In this document: positions 63,273 to 64,000 of the stretch, one piece after another
Layout of the letters: each line of letters opens with the position of its first letter
Position numbering within the stretch: position 1 is the first letter of the stretch
Assembly (NCBI RefSeq): GCF_023055435.1
Contig: NW_025963791.1
Span: forward strand, 32,426,001-32,490,000
Source: Haliotis rufescens
Lineage: Eukaryota
Length of the DNA: 64,000 bases
Reading direction: 5' to 3'
The notes under the pieces: model-generated
The model's input: the letters and a program-made list of their open reading frames with translations, nothing else
Database searches by the model: none
Told to the model about the DNA's origin: nothing
Program-made: the position numbers and the translations under genes

Positions 63273-64000
63273 AAACTCCGTCTCCTAAAACTAGTGCATA
63301 CTTACTCCACAGGATGTAGAAATCCATTTTTGCGTCATAACATAATATTAATCTTTGAGGATTAAGGCCATCGGGTAGATTATGCGTTCGCAATAAAAAA
63401 AAATGAAAATAGAACAAAGAACATAAGCATGAAGTCGTCAGTTCGATATCTACAATATGTGCGTGGCATAACAACAAAATATAATATGGAATTTAAATGT
63501 GTATTTGTTGATTCAGTCTGTATGTATCAGAAATGCTTGCCAAACTGACCGTATCATGAGTGGCTGCGGAGTTACCTCCCTTGTGTGTAAGGGGGCGTTG
63601 TATGTCTACACAGAGAACTGTCGCAGGTGGGATTCTCGCCTTGGACTTCAAGTCGTCAAGTCGTGGCATAGAATATCAGAGGAAGGAGTATTCAACACCA
63701 CACCGATGTTTTAGGGTACGTGTTCCGCTCAATGTACTTATGTGTGTCATGTTCTGTTTAGATGTTAGCCTACACGGATAAGTGAAACCGAAAATAGAAA
63801 TACTTAGCAGAGTAAGTTCTGATAACACCATGACATGTTCAGTGTTGATGTCACAAAGGTATAAATGTACATGCTAACAGTGACCTGGTATTTGTAAAAT
63901 ATACAGATTTCTTTTACATACATCAAACAGGCGACTTCGAAGATTGTTACCATCTTCAACCACATGCAAATGTTCACCACCCTCTCAATGCATGTTGACC

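Larger units (their letters stand above)
56739..64000 (+). repeat. Segmental duplicate of 41604-48263 (offset ~15.1 kb)
   Basis: Collinear homology from gaatcagtgcacatgtgacagatg to ctcaatgcatgttga at the window end, including introns, SINEs and intergenic DNA. Confidence 0.95.

Overview
This is eukaryotic genomic DNA (AT-rich, spliceosomal introns, dense tRNA-derived SINEs), most consistent with a mollusc, possibly a gastropod such as abalone (inference from gene families and repeat style). It is an innate-immune gene cluster with every gene on the + strand. (1) 1-23419 is a tandem array of about 5.5-5.9 kb units, each holding only the large terminal exon (B-box1, B-box2, coiled coil, NHL-like beta-propeller) of a TRIM gene and no RING exon. 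Copies 1-3 share disabling lesions, copy 4 is an open ORF, and the copies are recombinant mosaics. (2) 24-32 kb holds a TRIM relic plus Tc1/mariner, R4/Dong-like and L2-like transposon relics. (3) 32973-35444 is a single-coding-exon Toll-like receptor. (4) 41.6-64 kb holds two intact two-exon RING-Bbox-Bbox-CC-NHL TRIM genes (A, B), an orphan RING exon (C) cut off by a segmental-duplication breakpoint, and a pseudogenised duplicate of A. The most interesting signal is that divergent TRIM paralogs share short near-identical nucleotide islands (RING core, coiled-coil/propeller linker) and show patchwork gene-conversion tracts. All RING donors and exon-2 acceptors are phase 1. This suggests a modular, recombination- and possibly splicing-driven TRIM diversification system around a TLR. 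Exon structures were inferred by eye from GT/AG signals and reading frame, without transcript data.
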